Positions 26,601 to 44,840 of a DNA stretch of 64,000 nucleotides are shown here, one piece after another; the first letter of the stretch is position 1; each line of letters starts with the position of its first letter. Source of the stretch: the human T2T-CHM13v2.0 reference genome, Homo sapiens. The DNA lies in the NCBI RefSeq assembly GCF_009914755.1, contig NC_060931.1; one strand, given 5' to 3'. Below the pieces are notes generated by a model, which saw only the letters and a program-made list of their open reading frames with translations, was not told the origin of the DNA and searched no databases. A program made the translations under genes and the position numbers.

Positions 26601-28515
26601 TGAGCCACTGCTCTCAGCTGGCAAAATATTTTAAAATATGACTAAAGACTCAAGTTGTGGAGGGTATGAGAAAACAGGCCCTTTCATGCACTCGAATGTC
26701 ACTCTAGAACTCAGTTGTGGGTATCACAACCAACTCTGGATTCCAGAATACTTTGTCTTCAATTTCCCTAGTCAGGAAAAATAGTTTTTGTCATCAGAAT
26801 GAGATTTGGTAATCCATATGCCCATTGGGTATATCCAACGTTAACGTGTAAATTCTTTGTAGCTTTTTCAGAGAGCAATTTATCAATGTCTATCAAATCT
26901 TATATCCCTCATACCCACAAATCAAGATGTCCACTGCTATTTATCCAGATAGACCTGGATATGTATGGAGAAACAGATGAACAAGAATGTTTCTTATAAT
27001 ATTGTATGTAATAATTATAGTAAATGGCTGTAACCTAGATATCCATCATTAGGGGAATGATTAAATAAACTGTGATATAACAGAGCCCTGTGCAGTCAGC
27101 AGGAATAAAATAAATCTGTATGTCCTGTATATGGAAGAAGGATGCCCACGGGTGAGTGGGGCAGGGGAATGGTGCGAGTTAGGTTAGCCAAAACTGACCT
27201 GCAAGACACAGTTCCACCATACAGTCATAAGTGTGTATTGACACTGCTGATTAAAGAAAGACTAAGACTCACACTCCTGAAAGGGGAATCTCAAACATCT
27301 AGACTGAAATAGATTAAAACATCCACCATACTGTAACAGATGCATGTCCAAAGTTTAACTGTGAAACTGGGGGATGATCTTGAAGCCATTGCCACCAGCC
27401 CGCACACAGCATACGTAGCCAGGGAACGGAGCCCTGGTCATCAGAGGCCTCCCAGCAGCGATCAATGCATTCCAAACTCTGGGGTGGGGCAGTTTGTCAC
27501 TCCTGAACATTTCTCCATTCCTTAATAGACCATCCAAGTCATGCTGCCCATTGGACTGCCTTTAGTGTCACTTAGAACAGGTGGCAGGGAAGGACACCTC
27601 CCAGGGGTTGGAAGAAAGTGAAGCTCTTTCCAATGGTGAAGTTGAAGGCCACATGAGAGCCAAGGGGAGGAGGAGGGCACAGAAGCTATTCCCAAAGATC
27701 CTCCCGACGGCCCTACTGCTGCCAAATCACACTTTTTCCCCCCAGGTCAACCTTCTGGAAGAATTTCCACACCTCCAGAGTAGATTTAATTTTATCACGT
27801 ACAGAGTATCTACTGTGTGCTCGATACTGGGCCTACCCATTGTCCCAGTTTCACACAGGACCAACTCTAAAGTCCTCGAGCTGGCCAGCCGAAGGCTGCA
27901 GGACCTGGCCTCCTCTGTGTCCTCCTCCAGCTTTGGCCTCTCCAGGGACCCTGCATTTCTCCCAGCTCCCACCCCCTTCAGGCCCTTCGCCCAGGCTTTC
28001 CCCTGGGTTTGGAAACTCAATATCCTCCTCTCCACCGTCCATCCCACGCCCCGCATGACCCTGTCACTCCTCCAGTCTCCATGTAAGGATCTTCTTCCTC
28101 CACAAGCCTTCCCTGACACCTCCAGCTCCCTCAAGGAGCTAAGCCCCCTCCTACATGCCCCCAGAAGAGCAATCATTTGCAATCGCTTGTTTAACTGCCT
28201 GGATTCCCCACACACAAACCAGTGAAGTCCACGAGGCTAGAACCATTCCCTGTTTCCACTCCCACACCGGTCTAGGTCAACAGCACCACAAAGTGGGTAC
28301 TCCAGAAGCAATACCCCATGTATAGACCAGAGGATAAACATCATCCCTCAGGAAGTGCACATGGTCTGGGCCCACATTTGTGCCTTTTGACACCAAGATG
28401 AATTCAAAGCTCTCCTACTGCCCTGTCTAGTAACTACAGCCAAGTGAACATAGACCAGAGACCCAAGGCATTCACTTTATGCAGATCAAAAGCACAGCAT
28501 CAACACCCTTCTTAC

Positions 28516-28735
28516 CCCAGCTTCCTCCAGGCGGGTCCTGGGTCAGGGTCTGGGGCAGACGGTGGTTTCCCCAACCTGACGCACGGAGCAGGGAGCCCCA
28601 GGTCTGGCAGCCCTCCGTGCTTGCTAGCAGTCCTGGGCGGAGCAGCAGCCAGTGAATCCGCAGGTGGCTTCCCCGCAGCGCCCCTCCCGGCTCCTTCTCC
28701 TCCCAGGCTCCCAAAGAGCCAGGAGGCAGCTCTGT
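28516..28735 (-). other. ATP6V0A4: Probable alternative proximal first exon of ATP6V0A4 (5' end approximate)
   Basis: GC/CpG-enriched non-repeat segment ending in donor GGG|gtaaga at 28516, 2.5 kb upstream of the ATG exon; GC box CCCCGCCCC at ~28798-28806 just upstream. Confidence 0.65.
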
Positions 28736-29465
<730 letters not shown>

Positions 29466-30214
29466 AATGAAAAAATTAAAATAGTTTTGGAAAATAAAAA
29501 ATATCACACTCACCATCCTATCAACTATTAACCAAAACACTCTACTTTCAAAGGAAAATAGAAGACTCCTTATGAAATGCCCAATGGCTGAAATTCAGCT
29601 TCCGCTGTGGCCCAGGTAAAAAGAGACAGAAGCATATGTGATATGTGCCCTTTTCCTTTGGAGGGGTCTTGTCTTTTCCTATTTCTTTGACAGAGGGTGC
29701 GAGGGGCAGAACAAGCCAATTAGGTGCATTTCTCTTGCCCAGGGGTGCGGGGCTGCAACAGCCACCTGCGTTTGTTTGAATGAGCTTTGCTTCTCCAGGG
29801 TGGTGCACAGATCCCCCACAGGGACTCTCCCCACCAGTGGCCTTAGAAGGTACCCCAGAATGAGTGAGGGGGGTGCTTTTTTTTAACTTTTCTGTACTTT
29901 TCTGCAAAAGTACAGCAAATAGTACAGGGAACCCCTACGTACACATTACTTGGCCACACCAGTTCATGAATGTTCTATCATCCACACCCCACCCACTTCC
30001 CCTCCCCACCTCTGATTATTTGGAAGCAAATCCCATACATCATATTATTTCTTTCAAAATATTCCAGCAGGTATCTCTAAAAGATAAGGATTCTTTTATA
30101 CGCACATATACACACACAAACACACATAAAATACCAGTCACTCCTAAAATTCAATAATTCTTAAATTTGCCTTAATTCTAGGATTCAAGTTTCCTAGATT
30201 GTCTGTGATTTGCA

Positions 30215-30840
<626 letters not shown>

Positions 30841-31573
30841 AAGACTTGCATTTTTAATAAGCTCCTCAGGTGATACTTGTGCATGATCAAATTAGAACGA
30901 TTGTTTAGAGAACACAGGGTGAGAAATCAAACTTTAGGCTGGGAAGCAGCAGGGAGGAGCTGTAGGCGGTTTGGGAAAATCAGCTAAGCTGAGGCAGCGA
31001 TTGTGAACCTGGGGCAGTGGAGGCCCAGCCCTCTGAGAGAGCACCTGCTCTGTACCCTGGAGGAAAGGAGTTGCTTGCGTTTCTTGAGAGGCGGAGCTCA
31101 GCTGCACCCACCCATCCTGCCAGGGCAGATCTGTCCAAGAATCCAGACACCTGGATGAAGTTCCAAAGGCTGAACTCAAGATTTGCAAAGAAGAGCAGGA
31201 AGATAAGAACTGTGTTGATTCTACCTCTCCCTTCATATGAGCTCCAGAGGCACTAGGAGCCCTGGCCTCAATTCGTGCCTCCCTCCACTCTCCACTTCAC
31301 CCTCCTACCTCTCATCCTGCTCTTCCCCAAGGCAGGTGTTTGCTTTGTCTCCCAGTCAGCGGGTGGGGCCATAGTTTTCAAACGTCTGGGTGCTCAGAAA
31401 CCACTCAGGAACATGTGGAGAAAAGAGTACATGTACCTAATGGTTAAGAGCAGAGGCTCCAGCCCAACTACTGGAGTCAGGATCCCAGCTCTGCCATTTA
31501 CCATGCGTGACCTTGGGAAAGCTATTTAACCTCAGGGCCTCAGTGACCTTATCTGAAAAACAGAAGAGGCTTA

Positions 31574-32399
<826 letters not shown>

Positions 32400-32598
32400 T
32401 ACTTTGGCTTCTGCATCTGGAAAAAGGGAGTAGAAATACTTTTTCTTCCCAACCAGTAAAAATAAAAACCCTGTACAGTATATATACAGCAAACATAAGC
32501 AGACTGTGAAAGCTGGACAGAAGATAGACCCTCTGAGAATCAGAAGATGCAAGAAACAACACAGAGGTGAGTTCTCTGGGTTTTCTTGTTACTTCCTA

Positions 32599-33275
<677 letters not shown>

Positions 33276-34149
33276 TATATTCCGGACTCAGTGCGGCAGA
33301 AGCCAGTACATGTGCAGCAGAAAAGTTCCAAAGAAAGCCTGCTCGCTCTAGCAAAAGGACCAGGAAAGGGGCAGTCTGCCAAGAAAGAAAACTTTCAGAC
33401 AATAATCGCGCGAATCCAGTTAAACGCCACAGAAAAAACTATGGCCCTGCCCCCCACCCCATTGCCAGCAAAGCCCAAGTGGGGAGCCTAGACTTCCAGG
33501 CCGAGTGGGGAGTCTGAATTCAGCCCCACTCTGTGGTAACAAGGCTCCCTTGTTTGCCCCTGTCGGGGGTGTCAGAAGAAACCTAATCAGAACTTTTACC
33601 CCCATCCATTGGTAATAAGCTCCCCTCCCCCGATCATTGATGGTGAAGATCACATGCAGAGCAGTAATGAGGCATCTCTGCTCCTCCAGCCCCGGTGGTA
33701 GCAGCAGAGATCTCGTGAAGAGAAGAATGAAGTGGGAGAAACGCTCTACCCAACTTCAAGACTTACTGTACAGCACCAGTAATCAAGACTGTGGTATTGG
33801 GCCAGGAGCGATGGCTTGAGCCTATAATCCCAGCATTTTGGGAGGCCAAGACAGGTGGATTGCTTGAGCCCAGGAGTTTCAGACCAGCCTGGGCAACACA
33901 GTGAGACTATCATCTCTACAAATAATAATAATAAAAATATTAGCCAGGTTTGTGGTGTGTGCCTGTGATCCCAGCTACTTGGGAGGCCGACTTGGGAGGA
34001 TGACCTGAGCCTGGGGAGGTCGAGGCTGCAGTGAGCCATGATCATGCCACTGCACTCCAGCCTGGGTGACAAAGTGAGACCCTATCTTAAAAAAAAAAAA
34101 ATAAATAAAAGATTGTAATATTGGTGGAAGGATAGACATATAGATGGAA

Positions 34150-35435
34150 TATCTGTCTTCTTTACTCAGTCTACCCATTCAAATGCTAATCTATTCAAGA
34201 AATACCCCCACAGGCACATCCAGAAACAATGTTTTACCAGCTATGTGGACATCACTTGGCTCACTCAAGTTGACCATAAAATTAACCTTTCCAAGTCCAA
34301 CCCTTGTCAACTTGGCACCTATGTGCAACTCTTAAACCACACTTAATCTCCAAATAAAGACAATGACAGGGTCATAATTCTACCCAACATGATACGACTG
34401 AAAATGCACTAATCTCTTCCCCAGAAGAGGAGGTAAACTGCTTGAGTGGTGTATACTCTTCTCCTGATACCCCATAACTTCATTACTATGATGTAAAATT
34501 AACAATAGTTAAATACTGATATAAAATCAATACATTTTATGTCTCATGATAAGAGGAAAAGAGAGAAAACAGATATTTGCTTAATATGAGTATATATATG
34601 CACAAGTGTGTTCATAAAAAATAAAGGAAAAGATACTGATTGACAATGATAGTCCTTGTTTCTGGAGCTGGTGATGTGGTTGTATCCAGTATTTATAACT
34701 ACCTACACTACAGAATACCTGTTCTATGTTCCCTTTACCTTCAGCAAGCACCTCAGCTGGTTGTGGTTCTTTACCTGGTGGAGTGACCCAAATTTTCATT
34801 CCTGAAGAGTGTGGGCCATTTGTAGTTCTGCCTGGGTTGTGTTGTTGCAGTTTCCCATTGACCCTAATTATAGAGCAGGGTCATATTAAGAGATGCAGTA
34901 AAGCAGCAATCCCCAACCTTTTTGGCATCAGAGACCTGTTTTGTGGAAGACAGTTTTTCCACGAATGGAGGTTGGGAGATGGTTTGGGCATGAAACTGTT
35001 CCATCTCAGATCACCAGGCATCAGATTTGTAAGGAACACACAACCTAGATTCTTCTCATGCACAGTTCACAGTAGGGTTCATGCTCCTCTGAGGATCTAA
35101 TGGTGCTGCTGACACGACAGGAGGTGGAGGCTCAGGTGGAAATGCCTACTCCCCTCCAGCTATGTGGCCCAGTTCCTAACAGGCCATGGACTGGTACCAG
35201 TCTATGGACCCCCCAGTACCATAGCTGGCGGATCACCCCAGGGAATAGTGCCATCTTGAGGGCTCAGTGTTGATCTCTGCTGCTGGCAGATTGGGCACTC
35301 AGCAGTGGCAACAGCCAGGTTGGCCTTGGTGAGTGGAAGTCCATGTTGCTGAGCCCACGCACAACCTCCATCCCTGCCACCATAGCCACTTTGTTCATGA
35401 GCCCATTAGGCAATGTCAGGGATGGCTGGGGAAAG
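34150..35435 (-). mobile_element. ERVL internal (pol/integrase C-terminal) remnant plus MLT2-type LTR part, interrupted by MER1B (~34904-35212)
   Basis: Minus-strand peptide IWVTPPGKEPQPAEVLAEGKGN resembles the ERVL pol end; MLT2-like caagttgaccataaaattaacc; MER1 end ccccaacctttttggca. Confidence 0.75.
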
Positions 35436-36796
35436 AGAGTTTGAGACCAACCTGGGCAACATAGTGAGGCCTCATCTCTATGAAAAATAAACAAAAATTA
35501 GCTGGGCGTGGTGGTGCATGCCTGTGCTTCCAGCTACTTGAAAGCTGAGGTGAGAGGATCACTTGATCCCAGGAGGTTGAGACTGCTATGATCCGAGATC
35601 ATGCCTCTGCACTCCAGCCTGGGTGAAAGAGCCAGACTTTGCCTCAAAAAGAAAAAATAAAAAAAAAATTAAAAAAAAGAAATTTCACTGAGAGAGAAGG
35701 CCCCTAAATTTTTGTCTGATTTATTTCCCACCCTCTGACATCCAAATGTCTTATCAATAAGTCTACAATAGTTGTTATTCTTGCTCACTAGGTCCAATCA
35801 GTATATTGTCATCAGTGTAATAGACCACTGTGATATTTTATAGACAGGAGAGATGATTAAGATCCTTGCAAACTAAATTATGACACAAGGCTAGAGAGTT
35901 GATATTCCCCTGAGGTAGGACCGTGAAGGTGTACTGCTGGCCTTGCCAGCTAAAAGCACCCTGCTCCTGCTGGTCCTTATGAACAGGTATGGAGAAAAAG
36001 GGATTTGTTATACAAAAACTTAATTCCAGGAAAGCTTTTTTTGGTTGATTCTTTCAGATTTTCTTTTTTTTTTTCTTTTTCTTTTTTTGTAGACGAGTCT
36101 TGCTCTTATCACCAAGGCTGGAGTGCAGTGGTGCAATCTTGGCTCGCTGCAGCCTCCACCTCCTGGGTTCAAACAATTCTCTGCCTCAGCCTCCCAAGTA
36201 GCTGGGATTACAAGCACCTGCCACCACGCCTGGCTAATTATTTTGTACTTTTAGTAGACACGGGGTTTCACCATCTTGGCCAGGCTGGTCTTGAACTCCT
36301 AACCTCGTGATCCACCCACCCTGGCCTCCCAAAGTGCTGGGATTACAGGTGTGAGCCACCGCGCCCAGCCTCTTTCAGATTTTCTATACAGGCAATGAAG
36401 TCATCTGTGAATAAAATTTTATGTCTTCCTTCCTAATCAGTATGGTTTTCATTTCTTTTTCTTATGGCATTAGTTAGGACTCCAGTATGATGTGAAATGG
36501 AGTGGTGAGGAACAATGTCCTTGCCTTGTTCCTAATCTTCTCAGCAATTTTTTTTAAAGAAATTTTTCTCTGTCTCTCTCTCTCTTTTTTTTTTTTTGTA
36601 GAGTTTGGGTCTCACAGTGTTGCCAAGGCTTGTCTCAAACTCCTGGCCTCAAGCAATTCTCCCACCTTGGCCTCCCAAAGTGCTGGGATTACAGGTATGA
36701 GCCACTGCACCTGGACCCCAATAATTCTTAACAGTGTAAAGAGGACCTGAGACAAAAACATTGGACAACCACTAGCCTGGGGACCGCAGAATTGGG

Positions 36797-37220
36797 TGTA
36801 TGAGTTTCCTAGGACTGTGGTACCAGAGTGCCATAAACTGGGTGGCTTAACCAACAGAAATGTATTATCTCAGCCCTGAAAGTTAGAAGTCTGAAATCAA
36901 GATGCCACGCAAGGCTGGTTCCCTCTGAAGGCTGTGAGGAAGAATCTTCCAGGTCTCTTACTTGGCTGCTGGTGGTTGCTGGCAATCTTTGGCATTCCTT
37001 GGCTTGGAGAAGCATCACTCCAATCTATGCCTTCACCTTCACATGTGTGTGTCTGTGTCCAAATCCCTTTTTATAAGGACACCAATCATATTGGATTAGG
37101 GGCCCACCCCACTCTGCTATAAACTCATCTTAACTAATTATCTCGGCAAAGACCCTGTTTCCAAATACAGCCACATTCTCAGATCCTCCGGATTAGAACT
37201 ACAACATATGAATGGAATGG
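36797..37220 (-). mobile_element. MLT1-type MaLR LTR
   Basis: aaactgggtggcttaa-caacagaaat-tatt, ttataaggacacca-tcatattggattaggg motifs. Confidence 0.8.
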
Positions 37221-37488
37221 GGCAGCACACTTCAACCCATAACGAGGGAGAGGCAGTGGAGGTCCAAGCCTGAATACAGAGAAATTCCAGGATTTCAAGG
37301 CTGCACAGAGGAGACAAACAAGAAACAGAGGGAGGAGGATAATCAGAAGAATGAGAACTCAAAAGAAGAAAATGTCTTGAGAATCATGGAGTGTTCATGA
37401 AGGGGAGGGCTGAGAAAGATCTGGAGGTTACTGGGGACCCCGTGGATCCACTTCAATGGAGTGAAATGGGCAGGATTCTGGGGACTCA

Positions 37489-37852
<364 letters not shown>

Positions 37853-38949
37853 TTAAAAACACCAACTGTGAAGAGAAAGGAGGGAGCAGGGCAGCAGCTA
37901 AAGAGGAAATGGAGCACCAGGAGAGGGTTTTATTTATTTATTTTCAGGAGAAGAGACAGTTGATAACTTCCCCTCCCCAAATTCTGTGAGTTCTAGTTGG
38001 GAGATACATCTAGAAAATGGGAACCATGGCTGCGTACGGTGGCTCACACCTATAACCTCAGCACTATGGGGGACCGAGGTGGGAGTATTGCTTGAGGCCA
38101 GGAGATCAAGACCAGTCTGGGCAACATAGCAAGACCCTGTCTCTATTTAAAAAAAATTTTTTTAATTAAAAATTTTAAAAATGAGGCCAGGCACATGGCT
38201 CATGTCTGAATTCCATCACTTTAGGAGGCTGAAGCAGGAGGATCGCTTGAGCCCAGGAGTTTCAGACCAGCATGGGCAGCATAGTGAGAAATCATCTCTA
38301 CGAAAAATTTAAAAATTAGCCAGGCAGAGTGGTGCACACTTGTAGTCCCAGCTACTCAGGAGGCTGAGGTGGGAGAATCACTTGAGCTCGGGAGTGCAAG
38401 GCCACAGTGAGCCATGATTGTACCACTGCACTCCAGCCAAGGTGGCAAGAGTAAGACCCTGTCTCAAAAAAATAACTTTTAAAATGGGAACTCCTACTTT
38501 TTCTTACCCATGATGTATATCTGAGACAATCTCTTTGAACCATGACATCTTTGACATTTCTCTAGAAGTTTCCTGTCTGAGCTCAATTTTTTTATGTGCA
38601 ACATTTCATAGCATTGCTGATTCTTGGAAAGTTGAAACAGGCCAAGCATTAGCAAACACAGTCCAATTTGTCCAAAATCAGAGTAAATTTTCTAAGTTCC
38701 CTACTGTGAACCTCAAGAGTAAAGGAAGAAGGAAAGGAGGAGAGAAGAACCAAACACAGCTCTAGCCCCCAAAAGGGTGTCCATTGGCAGGTAAGATATA
38801 GATGATCTAGTCCAATCCACTCTTGCAGAAAAGTAAGGCACAGTGAGGCTAAGTGACTTGCCCAAAGCCAGATAATACAGCCTTATTTCTCTAATTATTT
38901 GTGCCATTGAATTTTTTAAAAAGAAACTAATCCACCTATGAATCCTTAA

Positions 38950-39317
<368 letters not shown>

Positions 39318-40855
39318 AAACATAATATTTTTATATACTCTCAAAGTCAACTCAAAACTTTGAAGGAAAATAATATTTAAATTCAGCATTCGGTCTTGAG
39401 AGAAACAACTTTCTTAGGGCAGAATCAATCCTCTATATTATCCAAACAAACATTGCTTTTGACATTTGGTGTTTCAGGCCACTGTTCCCATTCTTTAGAC
39501 AAGTCTGGGGCACATTGCCAGTTCCAAAAGCTTTACACTTAGCCTCAAAGGTCCCTGGCAAAGCACTTTCATGCCCTGAGGACTTTCTACAGAATGGCTC
39601 TTGAGGGTGAAGAGATGAGCATTCCACTTACGTGCCTTTAAAACGGGCATTCCTTTAACACAGGGCTTCCTGTGTTCTCATATCCTTGTACCCAGGATTA
39701 GGAAAATATTGCACACAATCACATGTTCAGTGTACAAGATCAATTTACAGGAGGAGATCATTGTAATTTAGAAAATGACAAAGGATAAATACAGAGCCAG
39801 CTAAAATGTTTGCAAGGAATTTAATCCAAAAATAATAATCTAGCTGGAAAAGTAACAATCTGACTTTTCTAAAAAGAGCATCTGATTTTTCTGAACTGAA
39901 TTCCCTCCAGATAGCCTTCATTCAAATAACTGATTTTATCATCCACTCAAACTGAATACTTCTCACTTTCTTTTTTCTTTTTTTTTTTTTTTGAGTGGAG
40001 TCTTGCTCTGTCGCCCAGTCTGGAGTGTAGTGTCGTGATCTCAGCTCACTGCAACCTCCACCTCCTGGATTCAAGTGATTCTCCTGCCTCAGCCTCTTGA
40101 GTAGCTAGGACTACAGGTGTGCACCACCACGCCCGGTTAATTTTTTGTATTTTTAGTGGAGACAGGGTTTCACCATGTTGGCCAGGCTGGTCTTGAACCC
40201 CTGACCTCAAGCAATCCACCTGCCTCGGCCTTCCAAAGTACTGGGATTATAATAGGCATGAGCCACTGCACCCAGCCAAGCTGAATACTTCTTCACTGTT
40301 GGCCAGGCACTGACTCTGCCACCCACCACCCTTTACAATATGCACTCATAAACAAAGTGTTTGAGACAGAAAAGAATGATTTGAGGTTGCTAAAAAAAAG
40401 AGAGAATGAATTCAACTTCCTCCATTGTATGCACACACACGCACACACACACACACAAACACACCCATGTGCAACTGAATGCAATTCATTGATAGTAAGG
40501 TCCAAGAGTTCATGAATCAGCACACTGAGATCAAATCTACGGATGCTGGAACCAGGATCATCCCTGCCATGCACATTTCCACTTCCTCCTGGCCACGACT
40601 TTTTCCAGGAATGTGTCTCAGTGCTCACTGCTGCCATCCAACGCCAGTGGGGCACTCCCTGCTGTTCTACCACTTTCTGTCCTCTAGATCACGTCCTAGG
40701 ACACTGAGCCCTCCCAGTGGCTCTCAGACAGCTCCACTCTCCTCTACTCTCCACTCCTCCCCACACCCCTCAGCACACGACCACCTCATTCCTTAGGAGA
40801 AGAACCTCCTCCACCACAGAGCCCTCCAGCTTCCCTCTTCTCCACCTCAGCGTAC

Positions 40856-40958
40856 CTTGGCTGTGTCTCTCTCTCTTCTTCTCTTCAGAGAAAAGCTGCT
40901 TTACATTCCTTTCATTCCTGTCTTCACTTGCCACGTCATGGAGGAACTGGAAATGAGA
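40856..40958 (-). other. ATP6V0A4: ATP6V0A4 non-coding 5'UTR exon (103 nt; alternative acceptor at 40946 gives 91 nt), contains a uORF
   Basis: Donor AAG|gtacgc at 40856; acceptors tttcctaag| (40958) and tttccag| (40946); purine-rich GAAGA enhancer-like content; agrees with my recollection of the ATP6V0A4 mRNA leader. Confidence 0.75.
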
Positions 40959-40981
40959 CTTAGGAAAATGAAGTTTTATCA

Positions 40982-41336
<355 letters not shown>

Positions 41337-41346
41337 TTACCTATAG

Positions 41347-41493
<147 letters not shown>

Positions 41494-43316
41494 TAGCCTA
41501 AGTTTTTCACTTGGGAGCACCTCCCTAGTTATCTGCCTTTTCTATAATAATATTTACTCCCAATTACACAAGTAAGTTTCTTATCATGATTTCCACCTCC
41601 ACTTTCTAAAAAAGAAAAAAAAAGAATTTAAATGTACTATCTTGTTTCTCTTCTTTCTCCATTTAATATCCTGCATTGACTACAGAGTCATAGAAATCTA
41701 TCACTGGAAGAAACTTCGAGATCACCTGATTCAGTCTCCTTACTTTAGAGATGAGAAAACAGAACTCCAGGGAGCAGATGCAATTTGCTCAAGGTCCTGC
41801 AGGTAATTGGCGGCAGAGCTGGAAGCAGAACCCAGGGCTCTGCACTTCAGGGTCTTTTCATGCCATCACGGTAGCTTTCCAGTTGTTTCTCACAGGACTT
41901 AACACCCCTTTGTGTTAGGAAGTATACATAGCAAAACCCTTTCTGGGCATCACGTATCCCCTCTGCAGAGTCCTGCGGACCCCAGAGAAAATTCTCCCCA
42001 CAAAGGATGGAAGGCATAATTCCCCCAGATTTTTCCCCTCGTGTTCCCCTTCTAGAAAGTCGCATCGACACCAAGGTTACATGACTCCTCCAAGGTCACA
42101 CTCCAAGTGACAACATGAAAACTGGAATCCAGGACTCTTGACTCAGGATTCTTGTGTTCCCAACCAACCAACCTAGAGGCAGCTTGGACAAGAGAAGATG
42201 AGGAGCTAGGCATGGTGGTGCATACCTGTAGCCCGAGCTACTAAGGAGGCTGAGGTGGGAGGATTACTGGAGCCCAGGAGTTCGAGGCTGTAATACACTG
42301 TGATTGCACCTGCGAATAGCCACTGTACTCCAACCTAGGCAACACCCTGTCTCTAAATAAATACATAAATAAAATGAAACATATGGACAAAGCATTTTCA
42401 AAAAAGAAAAAAGAGGCCAGGAGCAGTGACTCACACCTGTAATCCCAGCATTTCCAGAGACTGAGGAGGAAGGATCGCTTGAGCCCAGGAGTTTGAGACT
42501 AGCCTGGGTAACAGAGCAAGACCTCAACTCTACTAAAAATAAAAAATATTAGCTGGGTGTGGTGGTACATGCCTGTAGTCCCAGCTACTCAGGAGGCTGA
42601 GGCAGGAGGATGGCTTGAGCCCTAGGAGGTGGAGGCTACAGTGAGTTGTGATCGCACCACTGCACTCCACCCTGGGCAATAGAGTGAGATTCTGTCTTAA
42701 AAACGGAAAAAGAAAAAAAGAGAAAGAGAATGAAGGGAAGTTATAGAAAAGGCCAGAAAACACAGTGAGAGAGGGGTCTTTGGATGTTGGGAAGACAGGT
42801 CCAAACAATCATTGACTTGACTATCTGGTTCGCTTCGGTTTTATGTGAACAAAACTGGAGAAGAAAAATTGGCGGAATATTTATTACAAACCTGCAGCTT
42901 ATTTCCAAAAACTTTAGCTTAAAGTTACTCTTTGAGAACAAATCTCTCTGTTTATTAAACAAAAGATGAATCTGACCACATGCTCAGATTGTTGTGCCAA
43001 CAGAAATATTTTGCACAAATGATAAGAGTAATTGTAGGGAACCAGAAATTGCCAATCATAGAGTTGAGAGCTGAAAAGCCCTCCTTCCAACTGTTTATTA
43101 ACTTCACCTTAAAATGCCCTTACTTGTTTGATGCCAGTAACTCACAAACTTTTCTACCCGAGCTAACCCACAGAAGAGCTGGCTGTCTTAAAAATTAGTA
43201 AGAAACCAATCCCTTGAGGCATTTAAGCAGAAGTCCAACTAACAACCTTAAGAAGCAGGACAGGTCAAATGCAGCTATACCAAACTCTATAATATCCTAC
43301 TTTCCTTATAGGAAAG

Positions 43317-43680
43317 TCATATGGTTTGGCTGTGTCCCCACCCAAATCTCATCTTGAATTGTAGCTCCCATAATTCCCACTTGTTGTGGGAGGGACTCAG
43401 TGGGAGGTAATTGAATCATGGGGGCAGGTCTTTCCTGTGCTGTTCTCATGATAGGAAATGAGTCTCACAAGATCTGATGGTTTTATAAATGGGAGTTCCC
43501 CTTCACACGCTTTCTTGCCTGCCACCATGTAAGATGTGCCTTTGCTTCTCCTTTGCCTTCTGCCATGATTGTGAGTCCTCCCCAGCCATGTGGAACTGTG
43601 AGTTCATTAAACCTCTTTTCTTTACAAATTACCCAGCCTTGGATATGTCTTTATTAGCAGCGTGAGAACAGATTAACTCA
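43317..43680. mobile_element. THE1-type MaLR solo LTR
   Basis: atatggtttggctgtgtccccacccaaatctcatcttgaattgtagctcccataattccc...attaaacctcttt, THE1 consensus-like. Confidence 0.9.
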
Positions 43681-43893
43681 GAGGGCATTCTTCCAAGGTT
43701 AAAGATTGGCCCGGATGGTCTCTGAGGTCCTTTTCCAACACTGAGATTCTAATTGTAATCCGATGTTATATCTGTGTCTTCTTTCTAGTCTTCTTTGTGT
43801 CCTGACCATCCGTGGATATGTCTGTACATTCCGTTGTGACCATGAGCACTCCAAGAGCTGAGGCTATGATAGGCAGTAATCTGCACCATGTGA

Positions 43894-44302
<409 letters not shown>

Positions 44303-44372
44303 TAATGGGACAGATATGTAAAATCTGTCTGCTTCATTGTGACTGTATTGCTTTCCTGTGAAATAATCTTTA

Positions 44373-44840
<468 letters not shown>

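Noticed and set aside
27581-28225. 214-aa + strand ORF (and overlapping 162-aa - strand ORF)
   Set aside because: Non-ATG start, Pro/Ser/Leu-rich, overlaps L2-like pyrimidine-rich DNA, no recognisable domain or splice structure
34581-34799. ERVL integrase-like ORF as a domesticated gene
   Set aside because: Short, degenerate, interrupted by MER1B and truncated by an Alu
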